Position numbers and translations under genes: made by a program. Positions 60,484-62,357 of a stretch of DNA of 62,357 nt are shown here, in pieces (the first letter of the stretch is position 1; each line of letters starts with the position of its first letter). The notes under the pieces are model-generated. The model ran no database searches. It was not told where the DNA came from and worked only from the letters and a program-made list of their open reading frames with translations. The stretch comes from an uncultured Candidatus Saccharibacteria bacterium (GTDB taxonomy: Bacteria > Patescibacteriota > Minisyncoccia > Phycocordibacterales > PCTT01). The stretch is from NCBI GenBank assembly GCA_964566505.1, contig CAZMIM010000004.1, positions 1 to 62,357 on the forward strand, in the 5' to 3' direction.

Positions 60484-61746
60484 GTTAGGCAATAAAGCCC
60501 CTCTAGTGTAGGTATTGGCCGCATCCCACAACATCCAACTTGTTAGTCCATTATCATATGTTGCTTGAATCTGAGCCCGCACCATCTCTGGTGTATACAC
60601 TGCCCCCAGGTCAAAATCTTGAAGCCATGGCCGTATCTGAAGCGGGTTCACCTTCTCTCTTATCCAAGTAGGTGTGGTAGTAGCACTCTTGAGTGCATTC
60701 ACTTTCTTTATTGCCTCCTCCATTGAGTAATCTATCACCTCATATGGATATGCTGCAGGGTTACCCAAGCCAATGAATGTATTTGGGTAATGCGATGGGT
60801 ACACCATAGGTGCGATGAAGTCGAAGTATGGCAGAGCTCTCTCCAACACCTGCCCTATGTTGAGATCATCATCATTGGTAGTGGTCATACCAAATAGATC
60901 TGCGGACAGCACTGCCCCACTATCCTTCAACTCTTCGTGAAGATATGCAAAGAATGATTCGATAACATCTGCCTTCCCAAAGTCTGGATCAGCTAAAACA
61001 GTTTGCTCACTATTTGGATAATAAATATCACTCATGTCCCCGTCTGACGGGAACCTCACATAGTCATAGTTGAGCTCATCGAAACCTGCTTTATAACTCT
61101 CCTCTCCTATAGCCACGAGGTAGTCCCACATCTCTTTTGTACCAGCATCTATCCAGCTAATTCCCTTTCTATCTGTCCATACAACAGAAGTGTCGCTTGC
61201 TTTCTTTACAGCCCATTCTGGCTTGTGTGCGGTCATATATGGGTCCTGAAACGCTGAAATACGCCCTATTACATAGATATTTTCCTTATGAAGCTCTTCT
61301 ATGAATTCACGCAAATCACCAATGCGTATCTCCTCAGAGCCAATAGCATCTAGAGCTTCGTCCCACACATCAAATGAGATACGCCCTGTATCGTCTTTGA
61401 TATCAATCACCACAGAGTTCACCTCTGTGTCTTTTATTATCTGTACCAACCCCTCACGAATACTTGGTGTACCAGCCACCCAACTCGTCATATATATTGC
61501 CTTCACAGCATCAGGAGTCTTTACATGAGATGCTTTGAATTTTCTTCGAGACGCAACGATTGGGTCTATCACCTCCTCTTGAATTTTATTCTCTACAGCA
61601 TCAAAGATTGCAATGTGTTGTGAAGAAAATATTTTTGGTATCACAAAAAATATTCCAACAAGCAATACGAAAACACCACCTCCTACAATGAATGCTCGTG
61701 TTCGGTGGTGGTGAGTTTTATTTGTCTCTTTAGTATTGTTCATCAT
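60481..61746 (-). CDS. membrane-anchored putative glycoside hydrolase (DUF4015/GHL-type TIM barrel)
   Basis: N-terminal anchor AFIVGGGVFVLLVGIFFVI. VKAIYMTSWVAGT...NSVVIDIKDDTGRISFDV...NYDYVRFPSDGD resembles the putative glycosyl-hydrolase-like family. The family assignment is from memory. Confidence 0.6.
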   Translation of the reverse strand: MMNNTKETNKTHHHRTRAFIVGGGVFVLLVGIFFVIPKIFSSQHIAIFDAVENKIQEEVIDPIVASRRKFKASHVKTPDAVKAIYMTSWVAGTPSIREGLVQIIKDTEVNSVVIDIKDDTGRISFDVWDEALDAIGSEEIRIGDLREFIEELHKENIYVIGRISAFQDPYMTAHKPEWAVKKASDTSVVWTDRKGISWIDAGTKEMWDYLVAIGEESYKAGFDELNYDYVRFPSDGDMSDIYYPNSEQTVLADPDFGKADVIESFFAYLHEELKDSGAVLSADLFGMTTTNDDDLNIGQVLERALPYFDFIAPMVYPSHYPNTFIGLGNPAAYPYEVIDYSMEEAIKKVNALKSATTTPTWIREKVNPLQIRPWLQDFDLGAVYTPEMVRAQIQATYDNGLTSWMLWDAANTYTRGALLPN

Positions 61747-61948
61747 GCCCTTCCTCTATCTCATCCTCCGGCTCAATATTTTCTCTATGTACCTTTTGCT
61801 CTGGTGGACGTAAAAAATATGCGACAAGACCAACCCCTACCCCAGACAATGAAAGTAGTGCAGACTTCCATGCAAATGGAATTCCTATAAATGGTAGGAC
61901 TGCAATAACAATCGCAAGACCTATTAGTGTTGATCTCTTACTAAACAT
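61730..61948 (-). CDS. small 2-TM membrane protein
   Basis: 72 aa with two hydrophobic helices. Its 3' end overlaps the next gene start by 17 nt. Confidence 0.45.
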   Translation of the reverse strand: MFSKRSTLIGLAIVIAVLPFIGIPFAWKSALLSLSGVGVGLVAYFLRPPEQKVHRENIEPEDEIEEGHDEQY

Positions 61949-62088
61949 ATGAAAAGTATATCATGAAATACTTTTCAATTTACAATTCACAATTTCCAAT
62001 AAATGCTTCAATTTTTAATGTTCAATGTTTGAAAATTGATACATTGTAAATTCAATGAAAATTGAAAAATGTTACTTGAAAACTGGGG

Positions 62089-62357
62089 TTATTTCCCTTC
62101 TACTACTACCACAAACTCTCCTTTTATGATGTCTTGGTTTGAAGAGAAGTAATCTACAACCTCTCTTATGGTTCCCGTGATTACATTTTCGTGCATTTTG
62201 GTGATTTCCTTCACTACAGATACCTTTCTGTTCCAATCAAGGCTATCTAGAAGCAAATTTAAGGTTTTTTCTATTCTATGAGGAGACTCAAAGAAAACAG
62301 AGGTGTTTTTTGACTCTTTTATCGCTTCAATCATGGTTTGTTTACCTTTTATGGCTC
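62089..62357 (-). CDS. rsmI: 16S rRNA (cytidine1402-2'-O)-methyltransferase RsmI, 3' part (gene continues past the right edge)
   Basis: FFESPHRIEKTL motif and an ...GEFVVVVEG C-terminus. The reading frame stays open to the window end. Confidence 0.75.
   Translation of the reverse strand, partial: AIKGKQTMIEAIKESKNTSVFFESPHRIEKTLNLLLDSLDWNRKVSVVKEITKMHENVITGTIREVVDYFSSNQDIIKGEFVVVVEGK

Noticed and set aside
1-62357. Alternative genetic code (UGA recoding as in Gracilibacteria/SR1)
   Set aside because: Conserved genes (secA, gatB, rnj, obg) and the 19.9-kb ORF are full length under the standard code, with no in-frame UGA needed.

Overview
A 62.4-kb, visibly AT-rich bacterial window, tightly packed and about 85% coded on the minus strand. 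Long ORFs are intact under the standard bacterial code. Gene content and style suggest a Patescibacteria/CPR-like (Parcubacteria-type) genome: many small housekeeping genes, proteins with basic disordered tails, LamG/LTD/PKD surface proteins and one giant surface ORF. This taxonomic placement is an inference. The window has three blocks. (1) 1-15.5 kb is housekeeping: lemA-htpX, a 2-hydroxyacid dehydrogenase, secG, an orphan family-5 solute-binding protein, RNase J, an MFS transporter, an HTH-TM protein, gatB, obg, secA and a histone-H1-like protein. (2) 16-31.9 kb is a surface-glycan cluster. It holds a Wzy_C/O-antigen-ligase-like protein with TPRs, a methyltransferase, an AsnB-like ATPase, a flippase, an exostosin-like GT, a B12-radical SAM enzyme, four GT4s, two oxidoreductases and an epimerase. 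(3) 31.9-59.6 kb is a cell-surface island. It holds an LTD-PKD-LTD protein, a soluble VirD4/TraD-like ATPase, a CBM+3xLamG protein, an IS200-like RAYT with three copies of a perfect 27-nt palindrome, a small anchored protein and a 6,629-aa ORF. That ORF reads as tandem HTH, one TM helix, then a ~6,300-aa tail-fibre-like repeat region with an internal S74-type chaperone domain. The right end carries a putative glycoside hydrolase whose 3' end is triplicated downstream, a small membrane protein and the 3' part of rsmI. I found no rRNA, tRNA or CRISPR array. All domain calls come from motif recognition by eye and none from database searches.
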